From: a virus
IMG/VR virus record: IMGVR_UViG_3300009481_000012
Coordinates: 6,075 to 70,074 of that record
Length of the DNA stretch: 64,000 nucleotides
Strand: one strand, 5' to 3'
The position numbers and the translations under genes were made by a program. Every line of letters starts with the position of its first letter. The stretch's first letter is position 1. The notes under the pieces were generated by a model, which ran no database searches, was not told where the DNA came from, and saw only the letters and a program-made list of their open reading frames with translations. Shown here piece after piece: positions 49,655 to 58,567 of this stretch.

Positions 49655-50827
49655 TTATGACAGAGCGCCTTGATCTGCTGTTCCTAATTGTCTTGATGGG
49701 TCTGTTAATAAATCTAATACTGTTAATGCGCTAGTGGCAATATTAAAAGCGTCGTTAGTACCGCCAGTAACCGCTCCACAATCATGATTAGACCCTAATA
49801 TTGTTACAGGGTTTGTAGTGGTACTAATAGTAGTAAAGCTTAAAGTACCTGACCCATCAGTTACTAGTGCTTGTCCATCACTACCATCTGCTGTTGGCAT
49901 AGATAGCGCAACACTGTTTGTTGTTAAAATAAGTTTGCTTCCGTCAGATGAAATAGATTCACCCGCATCATGAAATTGTAGTGTAGGGGAACCTCCAGTA
50001 TCTGTTAGTTTTAGTCCTGTATTGTGAACGTGTTCTAAAACAATTTCGTCATTTCCACCAAAAGAAATCGTAGCTCCATCATGCTGAAGTTCCAAATCTT
50101 GGGTGAGAGTAACATCTCCATCCGAGCCAATTGCAATTGCGTCTCCATCTGTAGCAGAACCAATAGTACCTGCATCAGGTACGGTAATATTACCGGCAAA
50201 AGTTATATTCCCATTACCAGCAATTCCAATTGCGGTAGGGGTAGTTGCAGAGCCAATGGTTCCTGTGTCTTTAATTACTAAATCATCTACAAAGGTTACG
50301 ACACCTGTTGAAGCAATTGTAATTGCTCCAGCAGAACTTGCAACACCAATCGTACCACCATCTTTGATTAGAATATCGTCTTTAAATGTTACGATGCCGT
50401 CAGAGGCAACTGTCATTGCATCTACGGCAGATGCGGCGCCTATTGTTCCACCATCTTTAATTAGTATATCATCTGCAAATGTTACAATACCTGTGGAGGC
50501 AATCTGCATTGCAGCTGTAGAACTAGCAGAACCGATGTTACCATCATCAGGAACAATTACACCGCCATCAGCAGAAAGCGTGATAGTGGTGGCAGAAATT
50601 GCTCCTGTATTAGCAGTTCCTCGAACGTCAAGAGTGTGTCCAGAAGTTACAGCAGTTGCTCCAACAATAGCATTTGTTGTGGCTAATACTGTACCAATAA
50701 CATGAGCGTTAGCGGAAGGATTCTCAAGTCCTCCAAGAGTAATTCTGTTTTGTGTTGCGTGTACATTAGCTACATTAGTAACGTCTGCACCTAGTCCACC
50801 TAGAAACTTATCAACTCTAGTTACCAT
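49655..50827 (-). CDS. Fibre protein with ~31-aa repeats
   Basis: Tandem GTIG.AS...A.TIAS.G.VTF.DDILIKD repeats; P.ADG.DGQAL.TDGSG.LSF. Confidence 0.75.
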   Translation of the reverse strand: MVTRVDKFLGGLGADVTNVANVHATQNRITLGGLENPSANAHVIGTVLATTNAIVGATAVTSGHTLDVRGTANTGAISATTITLSADGGVIVPDDGNIGSASSTAAMQIASTGIVTFADDILIKDGGTIGAASAVDAMTVASDGIVTFKDDILIKDGGTIGVASSAGAITIASTGVVTFVDDLVIKDTGTIGSATTPTAIGIAGNGNITFAGNITVPDAGTIGSATDGDAIAIGSDGDVTLTQDLELQHDGATISFGGNDEIVLEHVHNTGLKLTDTGGSPTLQFHDAGESISSDGSKLILTTNSVALSMPTADGSDGQALVTDGSGTLSFTTISTTTNPVTILGSNHDCGAVTGGTNDAFNIATSALTVLDLLTDPSRQLGTADQGALS

Positions 50828-50959
50828 TTACTTTTTCCTTTTTCGGGTAGCAGCCTTGACATACCTTTGATTTTTTTTCATAGATTGTGTGGGCTTAGAA
50901 CGTACAATACCCCCTCTTACAGGTTGTAGTTTTTTATGAGCAGGTCCTTTATGCGGCAT
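50828..50959 (-). CDS. Small basic protein, 43 aa (not in ORF track)
   Basis: MPHKGPAHKKLQPVRGGIVRSKPTQSMKKNQRYVKAATRKRKK; TAATG coupling. Confidence 0.7.
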   Translation of the reverse strand: MPHKGPAHKKLQPVRGGIVRSKPTQSMKKNQRYVKAATRKRKK

Positions 50960-51186
50960 TATCTATATTTCCTAGAAACTAAATGTTTAAAAGGAGTTTT
51001 ATCTGCACAAAATTCTTCCTCATTCATTCCTGTAGGACGGCGACCTACGGCTTTAGTCACCATACGTCCAAGAGGCGTATAAAAAACACACCAAGGTTGT
51101 GTCTTTTTCCGTTTAGTATCACGACTCATAGTCTGCCAACGAGCAGGCCCATAGTCTGATTTGGGAATTCGTTTCATTTTTGCCAT
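50959..51186 (-). CDS. Small basic protein
   Basis: 75 aa, K/R-rich, downstream of a promoter. Confidence 0.7.
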   Translation of the reverse strand: MAKMKRIPKSDYGPARWQTMSRDTKRKKTQPWCVFYTPLGRMVTKAVGRRPTGMNEEEFCADKTPFKHLVSRKYR

Positions 51187-51194
51187 AATACTTT

Positions 51195-51232
51195 ATCCTA
51201 CTAGAAATATATCAAGGTGTCAATCTTAATTT
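51195..51232 (-). promoter_or_regulatory. Putative late promoter
   Basis: AAAATTAAGA-TTGACA-17 nt-TAGGAT. Confidence 0.6.
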
Positions 51233-51252
51233 TGTAAACTCTCTAATAAACT

Positions 51253-52167
51253 TTAAAATTTGCGTATTTCTAACTCAAGACCTGAAGCCAACGTAGCATC
51301 TTTAAATTGTACATTGTGGGTAGAGTTTCCCAAAACATAGTTATTTTCGCCTTGATACACGCCACTTAAATAAACTAATACTTTATCTATATCACTCGTT
51401 GCCCCGCCCGTTGCATAGCTATTTGCCGTTGAAGTAGTATGAAGAATATTAGCTGCGGTAACAGCAGGGGAAGAAGAAGCAATACCTGCCGCAAGATCAG
51501 CTGCATTACTTGTAGAAGATTTAGCATCTAATTGAGTTTGAATTGCATCAGAAACTCCATCTAAGTGTCCAAGCTCTGTAGCAGTAACAGCACTTATAGC
51601 TATCTTACCAGCGCCGTTTGTTACCATTGCTCTAGAGGCAGTTAAGTCACCTGTTAATACTGTAGATATAGCTCCAACAACGTTAGCAGCTCTTCTAGCT
51701 TCAATAGCTGTTTGTTCTGTTACGTTAGCAACTCTTCTAGCTTCTACAGCTGTAACGATTGTAGCGTTAGCAGTTATCCTAGCTTGTAACGCTGTATCTT
51801 CGTTAGTTGAAATAGTTACGTTAGCAGCTCTTCTAGCTTCAATAGCTGTCTGCTCTGTTACGTTAGCAACTCTTCTAGCTTCAATAGCAGTAACGGTTGC
51901 AGCATTAGCAGTTATTCTAGCCTGTAACGCTGTGTCCTCATTAGTCATGATAGTTACGTTAGCAGCTCTTCTAGCTTCAATAGCTGTTTGTTCTGTTACG
52001 TTAGCAACTCTTCTAGTTTCTACATCACCAGAAAAAGCAGTCACTGCCTCTGCAAGTGTCATTTTTTTAGTTTGGTCGGCACTAACGTCTACAACAACAA
52101 AAACGTCTGTATCAACGGAATCTGTTGCTGATAGCGCTGTTAGGTCTGTGATTTTTACGTTAGCCAT
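51253..52167 (-). CDS. Coiled-coil fibre protein
   Basis: MANVKITDL start, heptad repeats, LTASRAM, TELGHLDGV..IQTQLD motifs of phage fibres. Confidence 0.75.
   Translation of the reverse strand: MANVKITDLTALSATDSVDTDVFVVVDVSADQTKKMTLAEAVTAFSGDVETRRVANVTEQTAIEARRAANVTIMTNEDTALQARITANAATVTAIEARRVANVTEQTAIEARRAANVTISTNEDTALQARITANATIVTAVEARRVANVTEQTAIEARRAANVVGAISTVLTGDLTASRAMVTNGAGKIAISAVTATELGHLDGVSDAIQTQLDAKSSTSNAADLAAGIASSSPAVTAANILHTTSTANSYATGGATSDIDKVLVYLSGVYQGENNYVLGNSTHNVQFKDATLASGLELEIRKF
51681..52016. repeat. Tandem 138-bp coding repeat (~2.4 copies, with internal 42-bp subrepeats)
   Basis: GTTAGCAGCTCTTCTAGCTTCAATAGCTG at 51682, 51820 and 51958. Confidence 0.9.
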
Positions 52168-52180
52168 TTATGTTCTCTCT

Positions 52181-52555
52181 TTATGGGACTAGCTGCTCTG
52201 ATGCTATAATATCTCCACCTTGTGTTAATAAGAAACCTCCATCTTGGGCAGTGAGCCTAAATAACGCAGGGTCTAATCCATTTCCTGCAATGCCTCTATT
52301 GTTTTGCGTTAGCAAGACATTATTGTCTTGTGTTAATAGTAGATCTAGGGGATCAGGTATTAGATCAGACGTAATATCATTTGGTTCAAAAAGTATTAAC
52401 GCAGGCTCACCGGGGTCAGCCCTAAGTTGTTGTCCTCTTAAAATTCTTCCATCTTGCGTAGTTATATATAAAAAATCTTGTTGTTGTTGCGTAGAAGCTG
52501 CGGTTCTAGCAATAGACGCAAGAGTAATACCTAGACCTGAGCCAAGACCAGCCAT
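52181..52555 (-). CDS. Hypothetical virion protein
   Basis: Repeated (L)TQD(G/N)..LL motif. Confidence 0.65.
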   Translation of the reverse strand: MAGLGSGLGITLASIARTAASTQQQQDFLYITTQDGRILRGQQLRADPGEPALILFEPNDITSDLIPDPLDLLLTQDNNVLLTQNNRGIAGNGLDPALFRLTAQDGGFLLTQGGDIIASEQLVP

Positions 52556-52905
52556 TATTCTCTCTCGCTTATATACACTATTCCTGTCGAGCTAACTGCT
52601 ATAAAAGAAGCATGAGTATGATAATCCACAGTGCTAGATATATCTGTGCCTAGTGCCATATCCAAAGGCACATTTGCGGGAATATAATGACTACTAGAAG
52701 TAGCAGTTACACTAGAATCGCCAGTAGCAAAATGCATAGGCTCATCACAAGTAACTGTAATCACTTGAATTCCACTAGTAAACGCAGAAGTTCTTTGTGC
52801 TGTAGAGGAGGTTACAGAAGTTAGCTTTTGTGCCCCACTATCCCTAAACCGTAAAACCGGAATAGGTGCTCCAGCAGAATCTCTAGGTTGTTTAGCCGTT
52901 GCCAT
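52555..52905 (-). CDS. Hypothetical small beta-rich virion protein
   Basis: Tight coupling; resembles 58042..58362. Confidence 0.7.
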   Translation of the reverse strand: MATAKQPRDSAGAPIPVLRFRDSGAQKLTSVTSSTAQRTSAFTSGIQVITVTCDEPMHFATGDSSVTATSSSHYIPANVPLDMALGTDISSTVDYHTHASFIAVSSTGIVYISERE

Positions 52906-53347
52906 TGAACAAATCCTTCATGAGCTTGTCATAATTATTAATTTGCACCGCTACTTGAGGACTTGCTTTTTTAGGTTTAGCTGTTTCTTCCAGCTCGTTA
53001 AGATGTTTCATCCAATCTAACAAATCTCTCTTAGACCAGACTCCAGATTCTAGAGCATCTTGCACTTTTTGTTCTATCACTTGGTTGACAAGTTTCATAC
53101 GGCGCACACGATTTAAGTATCCTTGTGTTACATAAACATTATCAATATATTTACGTACATCATCTTTGTCCAAAACGGCAGCTACTCTATCTTGAGAAAC
53201 GCCATACTCTTTAGCAATTTTATCCACCCCTTCTCCTGCCAAATAATCATTAGCGATAGCGAGAAGAACTGGATCAAGCTTGGGAGTTTCCAGACTTTTA
53301 TTTAGTGCATCTACATCGTGTTTAGGTGCCAGTACTTCTTGTGTCAT
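52892..53347 (-). CDS. Terminase small subunit (T5-like)
   Basis: IANDYL...V.KYIDNVY..QGYLN...SKRDLLD...QINNYDKLM. Confidence 0.8.
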   Translation of the reverse strand: MTQEVLAPKHDVDALNKSLETPKLDPVLLAIANDYLAGEGVDKIAKEYGVSQDRVAAVLDKDDVRKYIDNVYVTQGYLNRVRRMKLVNQVIEQKVQDALESGVWSKRDLLDWMKHLNELEETAKPKKASPQVAVQINNYDKLMKDLFNGNG

Positions 53348-53407
53348 CTTTTATCCTCTGCGGCGCGGAACATCCAATTAAAATAACGTTTCGCGATTTT
53401 TTTAGGG

Positions 53408-53992
53408 TTATCCATTAACCAACTCATTTTTTTCTTTCAAAATTTTATATACGTCAATCGCAAATTGAATATTATGTTTGTGTGACATATGGTTATTAAC
53501 AATTTCTTTATCTATATCATGAACCCAGTAGTCTGTTGTAAGCGATTCAGCGTTTTTAAACTTGTAATGAGCTTGTTCAGACCAGTATAAGTGTAACGTG
53601 GGTTGATTCTCTATTAAGCTTTCCCAATGTTGATAGTCCTTTTTATCAAGTGCAGGAAGATTAAAAAAGGTGTCAGGCCTGTCGGGTAGCGTATGAAAGA
53701 TGATAGTGTAATCTCTTTCTTTATTTAAAGTTTGCTCGTATACATGCTTTATTGTAGACTCTGCTGCTCCAGAAATTCCATATCCATAAATTTCTACTTC
53801 AAGTAATTGAGCCAATAAATAAACCCAAGTTCTCATAAGCACATGATTTACAGGAGGAGCATCTGCAAACGAATCTCCATAAAGATTAATGTGTTTACCT
53901 TTAAAGCTTGTTGGTAACACTATTACAGGTAGTGAGGCAGGTTTATTATATTCTATTTCAGACTCTACTATAAATGTCTCTTTAGCAGCCAT
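53408..53992 (-). CDS. SGNH-hydrolase-like protein
   Basis: YGDSFAD, YGISGAAE, NHMS. Confidence 0.6.
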   Translation of the reverse strand: MAAKETFIVESEIEYNKPASLPVIVLPTSFKGKHINLYGDSFADAPPVNHVLMRTWVYLLAQLLEVEIYGYGISGAAESTIKHVYEQTLNKERDYTIIFHTLPDRPDTFFNLPALDKKDYQHWESLIENQPTLHLYWSEQAHYKFKNAESLTTDYWVHDIDKEIVNNHMSHKHNIQFAIDVYKILKEKNELVNG

Positions 53993-53994
53993 TT

Positions 53995-54345
53995 CTACCT
54001 TTTCTTTCGAGGGTTAGAGGCCTTGGACCCTCCGGGTCCGGCCCACAAAACTTTACGCGCCCAATAGTTTGCGGAAAATTTGTCATCTTTGGTCGAGCGT
54101 CCGCCCTTACCTTTTATGCCCGCGGAGCGGGCCAGGTAGCTTCGTCGGGCAGAAGCAGAGTAGTTATGACCATAGCCTTTTTGTCCGAACTCTACTACAC
54201 GAATGTTCTCGCCTTTTTTAGCGAGAACACGCATTTTTTTCTTAGAATCAGATGGAGCACGTTTAGGCTTGTTGAATCCAGGAAATCGTTCTCCTCGATA
54301 TACAACTCCTCCTTTTGTTCTTTTAGTATCCTTCGTAGTAGCCAT
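53995..54345 (-). CDS. Small basic protein
   Basis: GFNKPKR, FGQKG, RRSYLARS, KFSANYWARKVLW. Confidence 0.8.
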   Translation of the reverse strand: MATTKDTKRTKGGVVYRGERFPGFNKPKRAPSDSKKKMRVLAKKGENIRVVEFGQKGYGHNYSASARRSYLARSAGIKGKGGRSTKDDKFSANYWARKVLWAGPGGSKASNPRKKR

Positions 54346-54600
54346 CTACTTTCTCCTATATGATCTTGTTTTCTTCGCAATTTTCTTTGGTTGTCTTACA
54401 AACTGTTTTCCAGCCTTTGTGCCACGACGTTTAGCCGCGTTTGTAGCGCGTTTCTCCGCAGGAGAAAGAGCGCTCCACGCAGCTTTCGGAAGATACCTTC
54501 CACGTTTGGCACGGGGTTTTTTCGATTCTCCTTTTGAAGAATAACCCCATTTTTGTTTAGTCCAAGCCTTCAAAGATCGTTGCGACTTTTTCAAAGCCAT
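54346..54600 (-). CDS. Small basic protein
   Basis: SQRSLKAWTKQKW...RYLPKAAW..LS..EKRATN..KR. Confidence 0.8.
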   Translation of the reverse strand: MALKKSQRSLKAWTKQKWGYSSKGESKKPRAKRGRYLPKAAWSALSPAEKRATNAAKRRGTKAGKQFVRQPKKIAKKTRSYRRK

Positions 54601-54601
54601 A

Positions 54602-54769
54602 TTACTTCTTCTTTTTCTTTTTTAAGATAGCCTTCTGAAGAGCGGGAGGAAGCTTCTTTTGAGCGGACGTAAGTCCGCCACCGCCGTTCTTCTTCATGCC
54701 GTTTTTCTTTTTCATACCATTCTTCATGGTTTTCTTTCCGTTATTTGCTTTTTTACTGTGCATAGCCAT
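54602..54769 (-). CDS. Lys-rich micro-protein, 55 aa (not in ORF track)
   Basis: MAMHSKKANNGKKTMKNGMKKKNGMKKNGGGGLTSAQKKLPPALQKAILKKKKKK; GGAG RBS. Confidence 0.75.
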   Translation of the reverse strand: MAMHSKKANNGKKTMKNGMKKKNGMKKNGGGGLTSAQKKLPPALQKAILKKKKKK

Positions 54770-54773
54770 TTTT

Positions 54774-55157
54774 TTATCTCCCTGTTAATTTATTTACCCA
54801 AGGGGCAACTTTTGTTATCACATATCTTTTACTGAATAACTCTTGATCTACCTGTTCTTTAAGCTTGTCCGTAATTTCTTCAACAGATACTCCTTCATTA
54901 TTAGAAAGTTTTTCTAAAACCCAATCTAACGCCTGTTCTTTAGTAACTTCATCATATTCAACAAAATTATCAAAGTCAGGATCATCTAACCCTACAGAGC
55001 CTGAGACCCAAGCTTTGGTATTATTTTCACCGTCGGTAGCTACTAACTTCCAATAGATGCACTTAATTACGTTTTCAAGATCTTCTCTATCTTGAGGCGA
55101 CCAAGTATTTTGATCAACGTCAATAGGTCCGATCTCCCAGTCATATGTTGTATCCAT
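54774..55157 (-). CDS. Hypothetical protein (possibly fibre-associated)
   Basis: W.I...V...YW...A...GSVGL....F..Y..VT......WV pattern common near phage fibres. Confidence 0.65.
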   Translation of the reverse strand: MDTTYDWEIGPIDVDQNTWSPQDREDLENVIKCIYWKLVATDGENNTKAWVSGSVGLDDPDFDNFVEYDEVTKEQALDWVLEKLSNNEGVSVEEITDKLKEQVDQELFSKRYVITKVAPWVNKLTGR

Positions 55158-55159
55158 GT

Positions 55160-56170
55160 TTATTCTCCTAATAAGTATATCTTTTGTTCTTTAGATATTT
55201 TTTCGTCAATAATATTTTGACTCACACTAGTAAATTCGTTAGTTTTTCCTGCCCACTCATTATAAGTATCAACACACTGACTAAAATTAGTGATACGATT
55301 CTTTTTTTCTTCTAACGTGGTCATTTTAATTGGTACACCTTGAACTAACTTACGTTCAGCGACTAATTTTTTTTGATAATCTATTAACCTGTCCGAATAA
55401 TCAAAAAATGTTTCAATCTGATAATTTTTAAAAAAGTCATTGTACATTTTGCTAAATTTATATAACATTACACTATGTTCTTGCAAAGTAATTTTCCACT
55501 TATCTTTCATAGAAAACTTAGACCCCGTTATTTTTGCTAACACTTTGTCTATATTTGAATGTATGTCCTCGTAATTCACTTCTTGTGCATCAGGAAAATT
55601 ATCACGTACCCAATAAATATAACGTTGATATTGATTAAGTTTATTTGTCATAAAATCTACATCAATATCGTATGTAGTAGAATCTCTATGGACACTCAGC
55701 CTTTCCACAATACTGTACACATTTAACTTACCAGTAAATTTTCTTATACTCCAACTTAGTGCATACTCAAAGGGGTTTCTAGTACAATATAAAAACTTAT
55801 CAAAAAACTTGTTATTACAAGCATCATATAAAAAAGTATAATCTTCTTTAGAGTTTCTCTCGATAATCTCAGGAGAGGGAGGTTTTCCTGGCCCTCCTAT
55901 AATTCCTCGTGATCTTTTTTCTACATGATACTCTGCTAATCTACTTACAATATTAGCGCGATTACTTTTTAATAATTCTACAATTTCTTCTAGAGATTGG
56001 TCATACCCTTGAGGACTTTTATACAAATTATTATTTTTATCTAAAGCTAGTCCGTTTAGTAATTCGTGGGTATTAAAATACTCATTATTACTAGAGTTTA
56101 AAAATAACGTAAGTGCTCTTTGTAAATAGGTACTCCCTACACCGTCAGGAGTTAGCACAAGATAATTCAT
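55160..56170 (-). CDS. Sulfotransferase-like P-loop protein
   Basis: LTPDGVGSTYL, RNPFEYALS, VNYED. Confidence 0.55.
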   Translation of the reverse strand: MNYLVLTPDGVGSTYLQRALTLFLNSSNNEYFNTHELLNGLALDKNNNLYKSPQGYDQSLEEIVELLKSNRANIVSRLAEYHVEKRSRGIIGGPGKPPSPEIIERNSKEDYTFLYDACNNKFFDKFLYCTRNPFEYALSWSIRKFTGKLNVYSIVERLSVHRDSTTYDIDVDFMTNKLNQYQRYIYWVRDNFPDAQEVNYEDIHSNIDKVLAKITGSKFSMKDKWKITLQEHSVMLYKFSKMYNDFFKNYQIETFFDYSDRLIDYQKKLVAERKLVQGVPIKMTTLEEKKNRITNFSQCVDTYNEWAGKTNEFTSVSQNIIDEKISKEQKIYLLGE

Positions 56171-56256
56171 TTATACTCCAGTATAGCAAGTTCGGAAATA
56201 TTCCACAAACCATTTTATTTCTTTTTTCTTCGTTTTGCAGTGATTTTTTCTTTTTT

Positions 56257-56919
56257 TCAAAATACGCCTTCCCAATTTAAATTGTTTTTAAAATGTCTAG
56301 TTAATTGAATCGCTAATAGCATACTTCCATGTATCGTCATGTGATTTGCTGAAAAATTTCTATATCTTTCATCCACTTTTCTTTTCTTTTTTATCGGTAA
56401 GCCTGCCCAATATTCTGAATTTGCAAATTTTAAATGATAATCAGTTTTAAAAGATACTCCATTAGTAAATTTATATAAGGGGTCCGCCCAGTATAAATGA
56501 ACAGTAGGATACTCTTCGCACAAGTTGTCCCAAACTTTATAATCTTTTACTGTCAGATGTGGTTGATTATAAAACCTATCTGCCCTTGTTGGAATAGTGT
56601 GATAAATAATAGTAGCGTCTCTAGGCTCATCAACAGTTTTATTATGTATTTTATAAATTAACTGCTCACTTGCCATCTGAACCCCATAAGAAATAACCTC
56701 TGCACATAAAAAACAAGCTAAAAAATGCTGCCATGAGTGAACATTATTATCTGTTTCTGAGTCAGGGTTTTCTTTATCGTCATAATGTTGTTTTGCCCCG
56801 TCTGCGTATGAGTCGCCATAAACTATAATTCGTTTGTTAGTTTTTATTGGAGGCGAAAAAACATAAGGAAGTGTTGGATAGTTAACAACTTCAATTTTTT
56901 TATTTATTACGGTAACCAC
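56257..56919 (-). CDS. SGNH-hydrolase-like protein (paralog of 53408..53992)
   Basis: YGDSYAD, YGVQMASE, HLYW, NHMT; start uncertain. Confidence 0.6.
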   Translation of the reverse strand: MVTVINKKIEVVNYPTLPYVFSPPIKTNKRIIVYGDSYADGAKQHYDDKENPDSETDNNVHSWQHFLACFLCAEVISYGVQMASEQLIYKIHNKTVDEPRDATIIYHTIPTRADRFYNQPHLTVKDYKVWDNLCEEYPTVHLYWADPLYKFTNGVSFKTDYHLKFANSEYWAGLPIKKKRKVDERYRNFSANHMTIHGSMLLAIQLTRHFKNNLNWEGVF

Positions 56920-57097
56920 CTCCGGCTCTCTTGTACGCAGCAGCAAGCATTTGAGCTTTACGAGCTGACCATTGTCCTGGCGCCCCACCTTTGCCTCCTG
57001 ATTTAATTCTGCTGAATAAACGTTTTCTCATAGTAGGCTTAGTGTAATTACCTGCTTGATTTACTTTAGATTTTGCTTTCTTTTTTCTAACTGCCAT
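56900..57097 (-). CDS. Small basic protein
   Basis: NYTKP.MRKRL...GGAPGQWSARKAQMLA..YK.AGGGY; AGGAG RBS. Confidence 0.8.
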   Translation of the reverse strand: MAVRKKKAKSKVNQAGNYTKPTMRKRLFSRIKSGGKGGAPGQWSARKAQMLAAAYKRAGGGYRNK

Positions 57098-57223
57098 TTA
57101 TCGTCTCCTTGTATTTGGATTTTTAATTATTATTTTTGGTTGCTTAATCTTTGTTCCAACCCAGACGCCCACTCCGTAAGAAAGAATTATAAAACCAAAA
57201 AATAAAACACCTTCTATCGTCAT
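57098..57223 (-). CDS. 41-aa single-pass membrane protein (not in ORF track)
   Basis: MTIEGVLFFGFIILSYGVGVWVGTKIKQPKIIIKNPNTRRR; fills the gap exactly. Confidence 0.6.
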   Translation of the reverse strand: MTIEGVLFFGFIILSYGVGVWVGTKIKQPKIIIKNPNTRRR

Positions 57224-57232
57224 TTTTAATAA

Positions 57233-57778
57233 TCACCCCCACATTGTATTTAATTCTGTTTTTCTATCGTAGTTCTTATAAAACGTAACAAAAGGGGGTG
57301 TGGTAATCATACACATAACTCTAATTTGACTAGATGCATTTATTACGCGGTGTCTAACCCCGAATCTTGTATTATAGCAATATCCCATCTCGTAAGTATC
57401 TATAGAACCGTCTTCAAACTCTATATAACTATTTTTTGGAATTATGATCGGTAACATTATGCCCCTAGAAAATTCATCTGGGTTATCTGTGTCTTTATGC
57501 CATGGGATGCTACTTTTGGGCAGTAAAGAGTGCATAAAAACATGTTCTGGAATCCAATTTATATTTTTTAGCATCCACCTCATAAAACTTTTTGAGTTTT
57601 TACCAGCTTCCGTTAAATTTTGACCCTCCATGAGGCTAAGATTTTTCCAACTAGGAGCGTTATCATGTCTCTTATGAGAAAACTTTAAAAAAGGTAATAT
57701 CTCCTTAAATATTTCTTTATAAGGAGCTTGATCAATATCAAGTTTTTTTAAGTACTGTCCCAAAATTACTATCCCCAA
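57233..57778 (-). CDS. 2OG-Fe(II) oxygenase (Asp/Asn beta-hydroxylase-like)
   Basis: LLPKSSIPWHKD, HRVINAS..R. Confidence 0.75.
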   Translation of the reverse strand: MGIVILGQYLKKLDIDQAPYKEIFKEILPFLKFSHKRHDNAPSWKNLSLMEGQNLTEAGKNSKSFMRWMLKNINWIPEHVFMHSLLPKSSIPWHKDTDNPDEFSRGIMLPIIIPKNSYIEFEDGSIDTYEMGYCYNTRFGVRHRVINASSQIRVMCMITTPPFVTFYKNYDRKTELNTMWG

Positions 57779-57924
57779 TCAGGAATAGTACATCGTTCAC
57801 ACCTACAATTCTTACAAACCTCTATGCGTTCCATTTCTGCGTACCCTGTTACGTCTTTAATAAGAGGTACTCCACAGTGGGACTCGTGTCCGCAGTTTTT
57901 ACAGGTGACAGAACTTGTGGGCAT
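57769..57924 (-). CDS. Cys/His-rich micro-protein, 51 aa (not in ORF track)
   Basis: MPTSSVTCKNCGHESHCGVPLIKDVTGYAEMERIEVCKNCRCERCTIPDWG; TAATG coupling. Confidence 0.75.
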   Translation of the reverse strand: MPTSSVTCKNCGHESHCGVPLIKDVTGYAEMERIEVCKNCRCERCTIPDWG

Positions 57925-58031
57925 TACTCGTTCTCACAACAAGAACAAGGGTTATCCTCTGTGCAATCACAAGGATCACAAGTGCAAAGAGGATCTTTAC
58001 AATCAGGATTATTACAATCTATTCCTACCAT
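57924..58031 (-). CDS. Metallothionein-like micro-protein, 35 aa (not in ORF track)
   Basis: MVGIDCNNPDCKDPLCTCDPCDCTEDNPCSCCENE; AGGAGAG RBS; 9 Cys, no aromatic residues. Confidence 0.75.
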   Translation of the reverse strand: MVGIDCNNPDCKDPLCTCDPCDCTEDNPCSCCENE

Positions 58032-58041
58032 TTAATCTCTC

Positions 58042-58362
58042 CTAAAAATCAGATTTCATTTCGTGAACACTTAATTTGCCTGTAGCAATAGTGTTGTGAC
58101 TAATAACAGCTACCTTATCTCCGGCATTTACTTTAGCCCACAAAGGCGAGTGTGCGTGTAAAACAATACTGGCAGTAGCTACAGCAGTTGGATTAGACCC
58201 AAACTCAACAAAACATGTATTATTTGCTGCAAGTCTCACAATTTTAGTTTCAGCATTAAACGCAGCCGACTGTGCAGAACTTGTTCCGATAGCTACTACC
58301 TGTTCAGTGGCACTACCAGTTGCGTCAATTATTGGATACCCTCTATCAAATACTGATGGCAT
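58042..58362 (-). CDS. Small beta-rich virion protein
   Basis: SAQSAAF...VRLAA...CFVEFGSNPTA; AGGAG RBS. Confidence 0.7.
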   Translation of the reverse strand: MPSVFDRGYPIIDATGSATEQVVAIGTSSAQSAAFNAETKIVRLAANNTCFVEFGSNPTAVATASIVLHAHSPLWAKVNAGDKVAVISHNTIATGKLSVHEMKSDF

Positions 58363-58366
58363 TTTC

Positions 58367-58567
58367 TTATCTCCTTTTAAACCCTATAGGTTTTGTATAT
58401 TTAACAGGATATCCTAATTTTCGGGTTTTTTCAATAAATTTTTCTAAACGTTTGGTTGAAAGCCTACCACTTATGGCTAACTTTCGTATACGATTTCCCC
58501 CTTTTACGTTAACAGGCCTGCCCGGTGCTGTAACTTTAGGAAATTTATACTGTTTCTGCTTGTTCAT
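58367..58567 (-). CDS. Small basic protein
   Basis: K/R-rich, AGGAG RBS. Confidence 0.7.
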   Translation of the reverse strand: MNKQKQYKFPKVTAPGRPVNVKGGNRIRKLAISGRLSTKRLEKFIEKTRKLGYPVKYTKPIGFKRR

